A DNA stretch of 62,488 bases, counting the filler. It is 14 parts of 14 records of this genome, joined end to end, with 100 filler letters (N's around TTAATTAATTAA, not from the genome) between each part and the next. Parts side by side here need not be neighbours in the genome. Positions count along the whole stretch, not along the records: positions 27,467 to 36,271 come from SRR11831585_361; positions 36,372 to 39,626 come from SRR11831585_364; positions 39,727 to 42,314 come from SRR11831585_373; positions 42,415 to 45,870 come from SRR11831585_374; positions 45,971 to 53,349 come from SRR11831585_379; 9 more parts are not named here. One strand, given 5' to 3'. Below, piece by piece: positions 36,244 through 48,456 of the stretch. The translations under genes were made by a program, and so were the position numbers. The notes under the pieces were generated by a model. The model had not been told where the DNA came from, ran no database searches, and worked only from the letters and a program-made list of their open reading frames with translations. Within the stretch, counting starts at the first letter, position 1. The number at the start of each line of letters is the position of its first letter.

Positions 36244-36271
36244 CCCCTCGCCCCTTTGGGGAGAGGGTTAG
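36244..36271. repeat. BoxC repeat at contig end
   Basis: CCCCTCGCCCCTTTGGGGAGAGGGTTAG. Confidence 0.7.
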
Positions 36272-36371
36272 NNNNNNNNNNNNNNNNNNNNNNNNNNNNN
36301 NNNNNNNNNNNNNNNTTAATTAATTAANNNNNNNNNNNNNNNNNNNNNNNNNNNNNNNNNNNNNNNNNNNN

Positions 36372-37920
36372 CCTTGTGGAGGGTGGGGTTGAAATCACCA
36401 TAGTTGCAGTAGGCCTGAATGCCGGCGAGCTTGACGGCTTCGTCGACGGAGCAGGGGTAGTTGCTGGAGATGACATCGTGCACCGCCTGTGAAGAAATTA
36501 AGATTGAATTAATGAGGTGTTACAAAGGAAAAGACTATGGGTAACATGAAAGAGTAACAAGGAAGGAACACATTATAGAAATGGGTTGCAGGTTGAGGTT
36601 GAGAACTAGATGAAAGCAATGGTTGCCACACATGACACCACACACCGCATGTTAACAGGTTGGGATGAATCAGTACCAAAACAACTCGTAATATGAATGG
36701 ATGGTGTGGGGCTTAGGGGTAAGGTAAGGTTAAGAGTTGAATGAAGGGAGCAGATGCCTGTAAGGTAAGGTTAAGAGTTGAATGAAAGGAACAGATGCAG
36801 GACATGGTAGAACATGAGCGCAGTTTCAAGTGGAACGTGGAAGGGGATAAAACAGGATCCCAAATAAGTATGTACCGAAACACCGTAAGACGAAGCCTAA
36901 CCAAAGGAGCACTTCACAAAACACAGGTACATGCGATCGCGCACACCATTTACATGACACAGTTACAGTGAAGAAGTGCACACTATAGGGCATGTGCGCC
37001 ACACTACAGGCATATCACCTGAGTGGAGGTAGATAACAACATACAGATGAGAAATGAAACAGGAACGACCACACACGTAGCACGCACATTTCCTTTACAT
37101 ATGCACAGCAAAGAAATCATTTGAACATACAGAAAGGATAGGAAAGTGACATAGTTCAGAAGTTACTCTCACGCTTTCATACAAAATTGCCCGCTAAACA
37201 ACACCAGAAAGGCAGTACACAACACATTGAGACAAACGCACAGACACACACAGGCAAACCCCACACCACCACCACCAACGTACTTGGATGTACAAAAGAT
37301 GCTGGCAAACGGGATCCTTGGTGAGAGGCTTGTTGCGGAAAAATAATCGGCGCTTCATGAGGAACCGGGACGACTTGCCCGTGGGATCCCGCTCATACCT
37401 AATCCAACACGCACACACACGATCAGCGATGGATTCCCAACACAACAAAAGCATAGAAACAGCACATCCAAGAGGGTGGCACAGAACGAAAATCCCCGGT
37501 GAAATTACGCACCATCCGCGCATGATCTCCGACGGACGCTTGTTCCCCTCCAAAACAGTTTCTACACATCGTGTGAGAACAGAACCGTACACAAAAAGAG
37601 CAGAAACAAGAGCAAGTGAACCAAGCAAAAGAGGGAATCGTGCGCGTACCAACGTCCTTGTTGACCTCATAAAGGCAAAAATGCTCAGTGTCCTTGAGAT
37701 CCAGCTTTTCCGCCACGGACTTGAGCACGTCGTCCACAGTCATTGCAGCGGTCACCTGCAGACCCTTGTACCCATTGTCCAAAAAATGAACTTTGATAAT
37801 CGATCGATCTCCCTGTAGATTCACAACCACCAAGTCAACAACGGCACCGCGGAAGCGAACAGCGGTTGCGAATTCTCAATGAAATGAAATGCACAGAGAA
37901 AGTGTCGCGGAAAGTACCAT
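36372..37920 (-). CDS. Eukaryotic N-terminal FERM-domain protein, spliced, 3' truncated
   Basis: Exons 37918-37920 (ATG), 37650-37812, 37513-37561, 37284-37398 and 36372-36486 give IKVHFLDNGYKGLQV...VAEKLDL...FCLYEV...MKRRLFF...DPVCQHLLYIQ-AVHDVISSNYPCSVDEAVKLAGIQAYCNYGDFNP (FERM F1/F2 lobes). Confidence 0.85.
36719..36800. repeat. 41-bp tandem duplication inside an intron
   Basis: GTAAGGTAAGGTTAAGAGTTGAATGAA starts at 36719 and again at 36760. Confidence 0.9.
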
Positions 37921-38148
37921 TTTGAGCAACTCACGTTCGGTGAGTACAAACTGCGCGAAAGCAAGCGAACCAGAACAAGGCACCGTCTGTCGTTACTTAG
38001 CCTGCGTAATCCCTAACATAATCCCCAGTCTGATCCCATAATCCCGGTCAGACACGTGTCTCGAGAGGAGGAACATTGACGTGGGTTTCATGTGGGAACC
38101 AAAGTTATCGTTCAAGTGTGTGTTAGGGGGTCGCTGTAGTGTTGAACT

Positions 38149-39336
38149 ATGGGGTCGTTATTCGCCAAACAAGATGCTCCGAAAAAACCGGAAATCACGA
38201 AACATGATTATGCCGTACTGGAGTTGAAAAAGCAGTCCGACAATCTGAAAAAATATCAACTCCGTGTACGTGAATCTCTGCTCACTGTGAAACATGAATC
38301 AACATGTACTGATGTTGCGAACAGATGGAGGCAGTCATCGCACGGGAAACAGAGATGGCGCGGCAGCTTGTTCGCGAAGGAAAACAGAAGCAAGCTCTGC
38401 TGGCGTTGAAGAAGAAGAAATATCAGGAGGGGCTGGTGGAGAAGACACAGACGATGGTGCTCAACTTGCAAGAGATGGTTCGTCTTCGAATCCATACGTT
38501 CCTGTGTTCTGCTCTATGAGGGGCTATCGTGTTTTGCTTTCCGTTTGTGGTATATACGCGTCGGCATGCGCTTGGGTGAAGTAGTCGTTGTTGGTGCCTG
38601 CTGGTCATGCGCGACTATGCGTCTGTCCGTGCGTGTATTCATGTACTCGGTTACGGACGCGCTTACGTATGCATGTATATAGGTTGCCAGCATTCAATTT
38701 GCGGAGATCGAGGTGAAAGTGATGGCTGGGCTGAAACAGGGCAGTGAGTCGCTCAAAGCCATTCAGTCGGAGATGTACGTGTCGTGGTGGCGGTGGTGTG
38801 TTTTGGTTTGCTCTTTGTGTGTGTTCATAATTACGATATCAGTGTTGGTGTACATATATCTTGTATGGCCATCTGCACTAGCTGCTTGCGCTGTATATGA
38901 CCCGTATTTATTCTGTATATGTGTGTAGGTCTCTGGATGATGTGGAGAAGATCATGCAAGACACACAGGACGCGGTGGACTATCAGAGAGAGATCGATGA
39001 GCTGTTGGGATCAAAACTCACCTCTGACGTACTTACCGACATATGCTCACAGCAGCGCACGCAAATACATTTGCAGTCTACCAACATCCACACAACATAT
39101 GCACTCTATCTGTTGCATATCATCATCTCACGTTATTCTCTGCGCAGGATGAAGAAGATATTGAACGTGAGTTGGAAGCCATCACACAGGCGCAGACTCA
39201 GAAACTACCCGATGTGCCCACCACACCGCTGGAAACGCCGGCAGATGCGCAGGTAGTACCGGAGGTAAAGCAGCAACGCACCGGTGCACAGAAGAAGAGC
39301 TCAACGAAACAACGCGCGGAACCGCTGCCAGCATAA
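38149..39336 (+). CDS. VPS20: ESCRT-III subunit Vps20/CHMP6, 5 exons
   Basis: Exons 38149-38265, 38325-38477, 38683-38774, 38929-39028 and 39148-39336: MGSLF (myristoylation)...IT.HD.AVLELKKQ.D.LKKYQ...ALLALKKKKYQE...IQFAEIE.KV..GLKQG...MSLDDVEKIM.DT.DAV.YQREIDELL...DEEDIERELE...LPDVP. Confidence 0.92.
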
Positions 39337-39595
39337 CGAGATCGTTTCGCGATCCAAACAGGCGGTGTCGATTGGGATTATGGTGAGGACTCAGTCGTGA
39401 CCAACACATCTCATGTGTTGCTATTGATGCGGCTGCGTGTCTCGTTGCCTCAAACAATGTAGTGCGCAGTGAAGACAAATAGCCTTGCTGTGCTCTTGCT
39501 GTATTCCCCTTTCTGTCGTGACTGATCCAGTATGGTGGGGATCCGTGTCGCTTGTGTGTTCTGGTGTGGGGAAGAAGTGTATAGTTCGTTCTGAG

Positions 39596-39626
39596 AATGA
39601 TGATGACGACGATGATGATGATGATG
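39596..39626. repeat. (GAT)n microsatellite at contig end
   Basis: Directly visible. TG/CA tracts also end contigs at 39727, 42415 and 55483. Confidence 0.9.
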
Positions 39627-39804
39627 NNNNNNNNNNNNNNNNNNNNNNNNNNNNNNNNNNNNNNNNNNNNTTAATTAATTAANNNNNNNNNNNNNNNNNN
39701 NNNNNNNNNNNNNNNNNNNNNNNNNNTGTGTGTGTGTGTGTGTGTGTGTTACTCTCACGCTGCCCTTCTCCTTCTCATCTTTGTTTCTTTCGCTCATCCG
39801 TTAG

Positions 39805-40359
39805 ACATCGCATCTTCCGCGACGATTGTGTGACGGTCTCGGGCAACTATCTGAAGGATCTCAGTATTTTGGGGCGTGATCTGGCCAAGACTTTTATCGT
39901 GGACAACTCCCCGCATGTCTTTGGTTATCAGGTATGTGTGTGCTGCGCGCGCGGGGTTATATCGCGTGTAGATGTGTGCGCTGTTTTCTTCGCGTGTCCC
40001 TGTTTTCTGCATCACCGCTTTCCCTCACACACACCCTCTCTCTCGCTCTCTGTGTGCAGCTTGACAACGGCATCCCCATCATGAGCTGGTTCGAGGACCG
40101 CCAAGACCGCGAACTCCTGGACCTCATCCCATTCCTGGCCCGCCTCCGTTGTGCAGAGGACGTCCGGCCCCTCATTCGCGAACGATACTCGCTCTTCTCC
40201 CTGGTGCAGGACCGCAAACGCGCGTTTGACCGTCGCCTGTCGACCAGCGACGCCACCAGCACGGACAGCTCCGAGTCCCTGGCCAGCACGTCGGAGGACA
40301 CGAATCAGCGCCTGATGTCCCTAGACCTGCATGAGACGGCAGCCCCTGCGAGCGGGTGA
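39805..40359 (+). CDS. CTD small phosphatase-like (CTDSPL2/SCP4-type), last two exons
   Basis: Exons 39805-39931 and 40060-40359: [65 protein letters not shown]...EDVRP (FCP1/SCP domain). Confidence 0.9.
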
Positions 40360-41198
40360 GCGATTGTGTCGTGTGTAGTTGCAGTGCGGGGTCGGCCGTG
40401 GTGCCATTGCCTGTTGCTGCTGTTGCTGTTGTTGAGTGGGAATCGAAGGGACTGAGAACAGGCAGAAGCGTTGTGTCGACGACTGTGGCGTTATTGTTCT
40501 GTGCACAGAGCTGTGCTCGCTCCGTGTGCAGAGGGGTTGTTGGGTCTTGTGTCGCGTATGGCCACGTGGGCATGGTGTATGGAAGACTTGTGCTGCCATT
40601 GCATACGTCGTGTCATGTTGCGTGTCATTGAGTGTGTGTACGGTGCCATGTCGCTGTAGAAACGTGTTGGTGGTTTCAATCGATCCCTGTGCTCTGCCCA
40701 CGCACGCACCGTTCTGAAGGCCCGTTGGCCACGTACTGGGGCGTGTTTGTGTGTATGTGGGGATGCGCAGGACGTTGTTTCTGTGGTATATGGTATAAGC
40801 CCTGTGGCCCTGTATGCGTGAAGCTGTGTGTATGGTAACGTGCACTTGCTTCCGTGTGGATGTGGTCAGGGAGTTGGGTTGTTGCTGCGTTGCTATCTAT
40901 TTATCGCTGGATCAGAAGCGGAACAGTTAGTGTGTAGTATGTATGTAGTGTGTTTTGGTGGGATGTTTGCGTTGCGCTCTGCACGTTCTGTAGTTGCGGT
41001 AATGGTCACCAATAACATTTTGTAACGCGAAAAGCGCTGTGTCCCACCTAGGGCACTTTCTTACATCATCAGGAATCCAGGTCCCACGACTCCACCTTGA
41101 GATATGAACTTCGTACTCCGACGGTCAAGAAGTTGATCGCGTCCTTCTTTAGTAGCGCAGCTGTCCCTAGACGTGTGTTCTTTGGCTGTTTCGCCGTC

Positions 41199-42188
41199 AT
41201 GCGATATCTCGTAGTTTGCGTTTTGGCTCTGTGTGTTGCCTTCTGTGCCGGTTTGAGTGGGACATTCCTGCATGTGACGGATCTGGTACGGAAAATTCAG
41301 TCGTTGTGCCTCCCTGTCTGTGACCTCACAGATAATATAGCATCTGGAGCTGGCGTATAAGGTTGGCGCTGCTGCCGAATGTCGTGAGCGTGACATCTTC
41401 GGATTGCCGTGCTGTAAAGCTGCCTGTGTGCCTGATAGTCCCACCGCGCGTCTAGCTGGAGTTTATGGTGATTACAACTGCGACAGTCCGTACGTCTTTC
41501 CTCGAGGCACATCATGTTGTTGCTGACGCTGGCGATGTAGACTGATTCTTCTTCAAGACAGCTTCAAGTGGATGTCTGAGCTCAACCCACAGCCGGACTT
41601 TATCATCTGGACCGGTATGGACCGATACTACTGTGCACTCGCTTCCATATCCGTTCATCTGATTTCCTTCATTGTTGTTTATGGCCCTGTTCAGGCGACG
41701 ATCCCAGCCATGCGGACCTGACCCAGGACGTGAAGATCAACCTGCTTGCGATCACCACCATCTCTGGCCTCTTCACGCAGTACTTGCCCAACGTGCGTGT
41801 GCTGCCGTCGCTTGGCAACCACGACACATGGTGCGTTGCGGATGGGCGCGGTACAGGAGCAGGCGTGCAATACTGTCTCTGATGTAGTGGATGCGTTGTT
41901 CAGGTGTGGTTGTTGGATGCAAATGTGTTTCGTTGTTGTTCTCTGTCTGTCCTTCCTTGTCCTTGTGTGGCGCACTATGCGGTGTTCTTTCGGAGTCGTT
42001 CGTGTTTCTTCCTGTCGTTTTCTCGCGTTCCCTTACCAAAATTGCACTGCTTGTTGCTGCTGGGAGCACAGGCCTGTAGATCAGCTGGCGGCACCCCCGC
42101 ACAACCAATGGCTGCTGAACCCGATTGTGCAGGCGTGGTCGCAGTGGATCCCGGAGGCGGAGGCAAGGGCCACGCTCCAATACGGCGG
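41199..42188 (+). CDS. Secreted acid sphingomyelinase-like metallophosphoesterase, 3' truncated
   Basis: Signal peptide MRYLVVCVLALCVAFCAG, then spliced FLHVTDL-H, YGDYNCDSP, PDFIIWTGD..SH, LPSLGNHDTWP.DQ, WSQWIP...TLQYGG; five exons with GT..AG introns. Confidence 0.9.
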
Positions 42189-42414
42189 GTGCGTGTTTGC
42201 TGTGTTCCTTGTTGTGTTACTTCATTCATTGTGTGTGTGCGCGCGTTATTTCTCTTGCTGTTTATCTCTCTCGTTTCCCTTTGCGCCGTCTCAACCCTAT
42301 CCGCTTTGCTCCCCNNNNNNNNNNNNNNNNNNNNNNNNNNNNNNNNNNNNNNNNNNNNTTAATTAATTAANNNNNNNNNNNNNNNNNNNNNNNNNNNNNN
42401 NNNNNNNNNNNNNN

Positions 42415-45400
42415 CACACACACACACACACACACACGCATACCTTTCCGACACCTGCTCTGCGGAGGGGCTCGCGCCGGTGCCCTTCGCCTGAAGCTGC
42501 TGTGTGAGAGACTGCACCGTCTGCACAAGGACAGACAGGTCTTCGTTGCTGGGTCCGCCCGCACTTTCACTGCGCAGAGTAAGCAGAACGTAAGCCCGTG
42601 AGATCCGACGCACGAGCGCACACAGAGACACAGACAACACACAAACACACACGCATATACACACACGTACGCAGCAGGCTCGGATGGTCGCGACAGCAAC
42701 GCAGACACCATCGTCTGGATGGCGTGTGCGGAAGGAAGCACGGTCATTGGGGCAGTAGGGTCTCCTACAGATGTGCCCTCTGCAGATGTGGAGGTGGCTG
42801 CTGTTGGGAGAATGCCGCTGCGCAATGAATCCATAGAATCACGCACGGATGCGGATTTGTGCGGTGACGGGTGCGGGGTGGGGGACGGGGATGATTGTTT
42901 GCTGTCAGAGGGGAGACCCGAGGCAGAACGTGAGGCGGTGCCGGATTGAGACGTGCGGCCTGTCGTGTGATAACACAATAAGCATCGAAGGAAGTAACAA
43001 ACACATACAGACGCAGGAACGATAACACTGCAGAACCGGCTGACTCACACACAATACCTGTAGGACCAACAAACAACAAGGGGGTGGCTGCGACCGCGGA
43101 GGCCAGACGCTCGTTGAGGTACTGCAGCTCCGCATCCCGCATCGCAAGCTTTCTCCTCAGCTCAATCTCGGTCTTGGTGCCTTTGGGCTCGGTCGCGGCC
43201 GCTGCGGTGGTGGCTATACAACGAGGGAGGAGCAGGGACATTGTTAGTAGGTGCTAGAAAGAGGAAACAAAGGGGGCCGGGGTTCCTCAGTGTAAACACA
43301 GAGACACAAGCGCTACAAGTAGAGCAGGAGGTCGGAATAAATCGCCATAGAATACAGAACCGTCATCCTTCATGAATGCTGCTCTTCCCCCAATCAAGCG
43401 CATATGAATATGACAACACGACACACGTGTCTAGTTCTCGTGACACGCACAGAGCATACCGGCTTTACCGCCCTTTCGAATCGCCTCTAGAGCAATCTTA
43501 AGCTCCTGAATGCGGCCGTCACGCTTGATAATGTCACGCCGCAGGGTAACAGCACCGGCGGCATACTCACGCACCTACACAACAGAGATCAACACAGCAA
43601 TAGAGAAATACAGCACAGGCAATTATAGTCATGTGAGCGGGTGAAAAGTGAAACATAGCAAAGACGCATGCAAGCAGAAACCCGCGCCATTCGCATCACA
43701 CCAACTCAATGCTGCATTTGAGATACCACTGTGGAGTTATTGACATCACTTCCGTACACATACAAACATGTTCTCCCTCATACATAGAAACAAGATTGCA
43801 CCGTACGAAGCGTACTTTCGCGAGAGAGTCCGAAGCGACGGTGTACAGCTGTGTCACAACGCGTGCCAGTTGCTCTGCAGCGGGCGACACCCCACCCTCC
43901 TGTGCGGTATCAGCGCTGGCCATTTCCGCAATGGTCTGTTGCAACGACCGCACTGTTTGCGACTGCACAGCAATGAACACGATGAACAAGCACACATGTG
44001 TCAGAAGATACGAAAGAATGTGTCAGCTTTCACGCACACGTTTAGGGGAAATGGAGGGGTACACTCGTGAAATGCTGGCATCAAGGAGAATGAAGACAAT
44101 AGCATACATGTATGGGAGCGCGGAAACAGTATACGTACCAGGGCGTCACACTTCATGCGTAATTCTTCGTTCTGGAATTTAAATGAAGACAGATTTCCTG
44201 CCATGGTTGCACTTTCATCCGCCATGCGCTCATACTCTTTGTTCGCCCGCTCCAGTTGCTGCAAAGAAACGTCAGAATAAAATGAAGCAGCCGGACACCC
44301 GCAAACGACGCACATACAAACAGGCACACAAAAAACATTCTCGTACAGGTCCTGCTGCGCGGACGTACCGTTGTCAGAGTGGTGATGCGTTCCTTGGAAT
44401 GAAGCAACTGCTGCACATCATTCGGCCCCACCAAGGCGTCCAATCTACACACAGAAAATAACACAAGGGTTACATGAACGTCTTCACAGACACAGACATG
44501 AACATAGGTGCATGTAGATTGATATAAGATGCCTGGAATGCAAGCCTGGAGGGGATACACAGATTGGGTTGACAGTTTCGCTACGTACTGGTTCTGGATC
44601 TCCTTCACACGGGCCTCTGCGCGCTGCTCACATGCCTGCCGCTCCTGAACATCACAGTCAGCAAACAACACCAACATTCCCCTGTACCCTCCGCACGACC
44701 CACACAGATATACACATGTACATATACACAATGCACACATGCAAATCATAACGCACGAGGCCTCATACCTTCTCCACCAAACTGGCCGCCTCACTGCGCA
44801 CACCAGCGACCTCACTCACATGACGCTGTTGCTCATCCATCAACCGTTTCTGCAACGCAGACAGTTCGGCTGTGCGTGTGGCATCTGTGTTGGCGTAGGC
44901 ACGGGCTACGGCCTCGTCTTGTTGGCGCTGGTGCGCGGCAAGCTGCGCAGTGTAGTCGTCCACACGCGTCGCCTGCAATGGGGTGTGTCAGAGAGTATGG
45001 GAAAATGGGATGGGAAAAGAAAACAGACTGCGGAGCGGGAGGCTGAGGCGATGATACAGCAGAAACGACGAACTGCGAAAGATATATGCCCAAGCAGAGG
45101 GCAGTTGGGAGGGATGCCCCCTCTCATTGCTTCAGACGCGGGCAGCGCTTGCGCGCAGCATTCGACATAGTAACAACACAACCAGCACTGCGGCGTTCGC
45201 ACTGCTGTCAACAACGGAGGTAGCGTACCAGCTCATCGCGTTCCATGCGAACAGACTCAAGCGAATGCCGCACCGCAGTCAGCTCGTCTTGCGCGGACTG
45301 GGCCGTTGCGCGCTCGCGGGAGAGGGCGGTCTCAGCCTCGGTCAACCGCCGCAACACTTGTGCATATTCCTGTGCGAAGAAACCAGCATATGTTGCGTTA

Positions 45401-45870
45401 GTGATAAGAAATCACGGCGACAGATCCGCAGTTACATCATCGCAAAACGTTCACCACTGCGTCCGTGATGGTGCAACGGAAGATGAAACGAGGCACAAAA
45501 AATGCGGTCGCCCTTGAAATAACACAACAAAAACGTGAAACGCACCACAGAGTCCACGCCCTCCGTGCGTTGCATCGCAGACAGCTGCTGAAAGGACCCG
45601 CGCAGACTCGCCGCAGCCGCCGCACTCGTCGCATAACGCATATGCAGCGCCGCCAGCTGTGACAATAGCTCCTTCTCCGCTAGTTTGCTTGCACACAGCT
45701 CTCGACTCAATGTCTGGACTCGGTCTCCCGCGTCGGTGCTTCCGCTCAGCACACTGGCCAGTTCCTCATATACAAACTGTTTCACTTGCTCGCCATGCTG
45801 TGTGACACGGTCATTGGCTTTCTGTTCTGCACTTGCAATAGCGGCATGTAGCTCCTCCTGCCGTTCTGCC
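42415..45870 (-). CDS. Large multi-exon coiled-coil protein, internal fragment, family uncertain
   Basis: About 11 GT..AG-bounded A/E/Q/R/L-rich exons, e.g. VQTLSRELCASKLAEKELLSQL, QLERANKEYERMADE, TLRRDIIKRDGRIQELK, EIELRRKLAMRDAELQYLNERL, followed by an S/P/T-rich region. Confidence 0.7.
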
Positions 45871-45970
45871 NNNNNNNNNNNNNNNNNNNNNNNNNNNNNN
45901 NNNNNNNNNNNNNNTTAATTAATTAANNNNNNNNNNNNNNNNNNNNNNNNNNNNNNNNNNNNNNNNNNNN

Positions 45971-45996
45971 GCCTGATAAGCGTAGCGCATCAGGCA
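45971..45996. repeat. REP at contig end
   Basis: GCCTGATAAGCGTAGCGCATCAGGC. Confidence 0.85.
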
Positions 45997-46016
45997 ATTC
46001 TGTGTTTGTCATACGT

Positions 46017-46050
46017 AAAAAAGGGCGATCTTGCGACCGCCCTTTTTTTA
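46017..46050. terminator. Intrinsic terminator after pgm (bidirectional form)
   Basis: AAAAAAAGGGCG...CGCCCTTTTTTT. Confidence 0.8.
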
Positions 46051-46060
46051 TTAAATGTGT

Positions 46061-47701
46061 TTACGCGTTTTTCAGAACTTCGCTAACAATCTCAACCGCT
46101 TCTTTCTCAATCTGCTTGCGATGTTCTTCACCGAGGAAGCTTTCGCAGTAGATCTTATATGCGTCTTCCGTGCCTGACGGACGCGCGGCGAACCAGCCGT
46201 TGTCAGTCATCACTTTCAGACCGCCAATAGAAGCACCGTTGCCCGGAGCAGCAGTCAGGCGCGCGGTGATCGGGTCACCTGCCAGGGTGCTGGCGCTCAC
46301 CATTTCCGGAGACAGCTTAGACAGCGCCGCTTTTTGTGCGGAAGTCGCAGCTGCCTGCAAACGGTTGTAGCTCGGCGCACCAAAGCGTTTTGCCAGTTCG
46401 TTGTAGTGTTCCTGCGGGTTCTTACCGGTGACAGCGGTGATTTCCGCCGCCAGCAGACACATGATGATGCCGTCTTTGTCGGTGGACCACGGCGTGCCGT
46501 CGAAACGCAGGAAGGAAGCCCCTGCACTCTCTTCGCCGCCAAAGCCGAAGCTGCCGTCGAACAGACCATCGACAAACCATTTGAAACCTACCGGGACTTC
46601 TACCAGTTTACGGCCCAAGTCGTTGACCACACGGTCGATCATCGCAGATGAAACCAGCGTTTTACCGACGGCAACATCTTTGCCCCACTGCGGACGATGC
46701 TGGAACAGGTAATTGATTGCCACCGCCAGGTAGTGGTTCGGATTCATCAAACCTGCCGGAGTGACGATACCGTGACGGTCATAATCCGGGTCGTTAGCAA
46801 ACGCCAGATCGAACTTATCACGCAGTGCCAGCAGGCCCGCCATCGCACACTCGGAGGAGCAGTCCATACGGATCGCGCCGTCTTTATCAAGGTGCATAAA
46901 GCGGAAGGTTTGATCGACCTGATCGTTAACGATAGTCAGGTTGAGGTTGTAATACTCGCCAATACGCTTCCAGTATTCGATACCGGAACCGCCCAGCGGA
47001 TCAACGCCCAGCGTCAGGCCCGCTTTCTGAATCGCGGCCATATCAACGATATCGGCCAGACCTTCCACGAACGGCTGCACCAGATCCTGCTCTTTCACAT
47101 GACCGGATGCCATCGCTTCGTCGAGGGAGATACGCTTCACGCCTTTCAGGCCATCGGCCAGCAGTGCGTTGGCCCTGTCTTCCACCACTTTAGTGACGTT
47201 GGTATCAGCCGGGCCACCATTTGGCGGATTGTATTTGATTCCACCATCTTCCGGCGGGTTATGGGACGGTGTAATCACGATACCGTCTGCCAGCGGGCCA
47301 CCTTTTTTATTGTGAACCAGGATGGCATTGGAAACGGCAGGCGTCGGGGTGAAGCCATTGTTTTCCTGCACAATGACATCAACGCCGTTCGCTGCCAGCA
47401 CTTCCAGAACGGAAATGAATGCAGGTTCGGACAGGGCGTGAGTATCTTTACCCACATAGCAAGGGCCAGTGATGCCGTTTTTCGCACGTTCTTCAGCAAT
47501 TGCCTGAGCGATCGCCAGAATGTGCGGCTCGTTAAAGCTGTGGCGCGCTGCACTGCCACGGTGACCGGAAGTACCGAATTTCACCGCGTGCTCCGCATTC
47601 CCTGCTTCTGGTTTCAGTACATAATATTGCGCCGTCAGTTGGGCGACGTTAATCAAATCACTCTGTTGTGCAGGTTGGCCTGCACGATTGTGGATTGCCA
47701 T
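46061..47701 (-). CDS. pgm: Phosphoglucomutase
   Basis: MAIHNRAGQ..., TPSHNP, DPDYDR, GEESAG; 546 aa from ATG at 47701. Confidence 0.98.
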
Positions 47702-47726
47702 TGCTTTGTCCTTTGTCTGCAACGTT

Positions 47727-48272
47727 TTAGATAGTTCCGCAAACCTTCTCAATCAATTCCGCCGGGAATTGCATCGACTGCATGATGTGTTCGATCATGC
47801 TGCATTTACGGCCGGTGTTGGTGTTGGTGATCACCCAATACGGCGTGCCTGGCACATGTTTCGGCTTGGTCTGATTACCATTTTTCAGCAGCGTTTGTTC
47901 ATCTGCCGCAAAGTAAACGCGTGTACGACCGTGCAACGATTCCGTTGCTTCGGCAAACGCCTGGGCGTCAAGAGAATATAGTGTAGACAACAGCAGCATA
48001 AAGCGATTGACCGCTCGCTTTTGCTCTGCGTATTCATCCGAAAGCAGAAGTTCACGCATTGCGCGAACCTTGTCTTTAATCGTTTTGACCGGCTTCGCTT
48101 CGACGATAGCAGGTGACGCAACGCGAACCTCTTTCGTCACCGGAGCAGCAGGCTGTGATGCGGCGGAAAATTTCAACATACGCCGTAAAATGTCGGATGC
48201 GCTCTCGCCGATATGCTTAGTGTGGCTGGCAATATAGCTGTAGAGTTCATCATCAACTTCAATCGTTTTCAT
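47727..48272 (-). CDS. seqA: Replication initiation negative regulator
   Basis: [18 protein letters not shown]..., 181 aa. Confidence 0.98.
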
Positions 48273-48456
48273 CTTAATCCAGTGCAGTGTCTTAGCTGAA
48301 TACAAGTCGCCAGGAGTATATGAATAAATCCCGGCAGCGGATAGCGTCAAGCCTGGCTTGCAGAAAAACTCGGAATAAACCTTATTTGTTGCAGCCCTGT
48401 GGCACAATGGTCAACATAATACCCTAACCCGACAACGCGAAAAAAAGAACTTTGCC

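Noticed and set aside
38149..38170. Functional link between UNC119 (binds myristoylated cargo) and myristoylated VPS20
   Set aside because: The genes are on different, unlinked contigs; co-occurrence in this window is arbitrary.
40172..41025. Cys/Val- or His/Thr-rich ORFs and a poly-Q stretch in eukaryotic contigs
   Set aside because: Translations of TG/CA-rich UTR and intron sequence, not plausible proteins.
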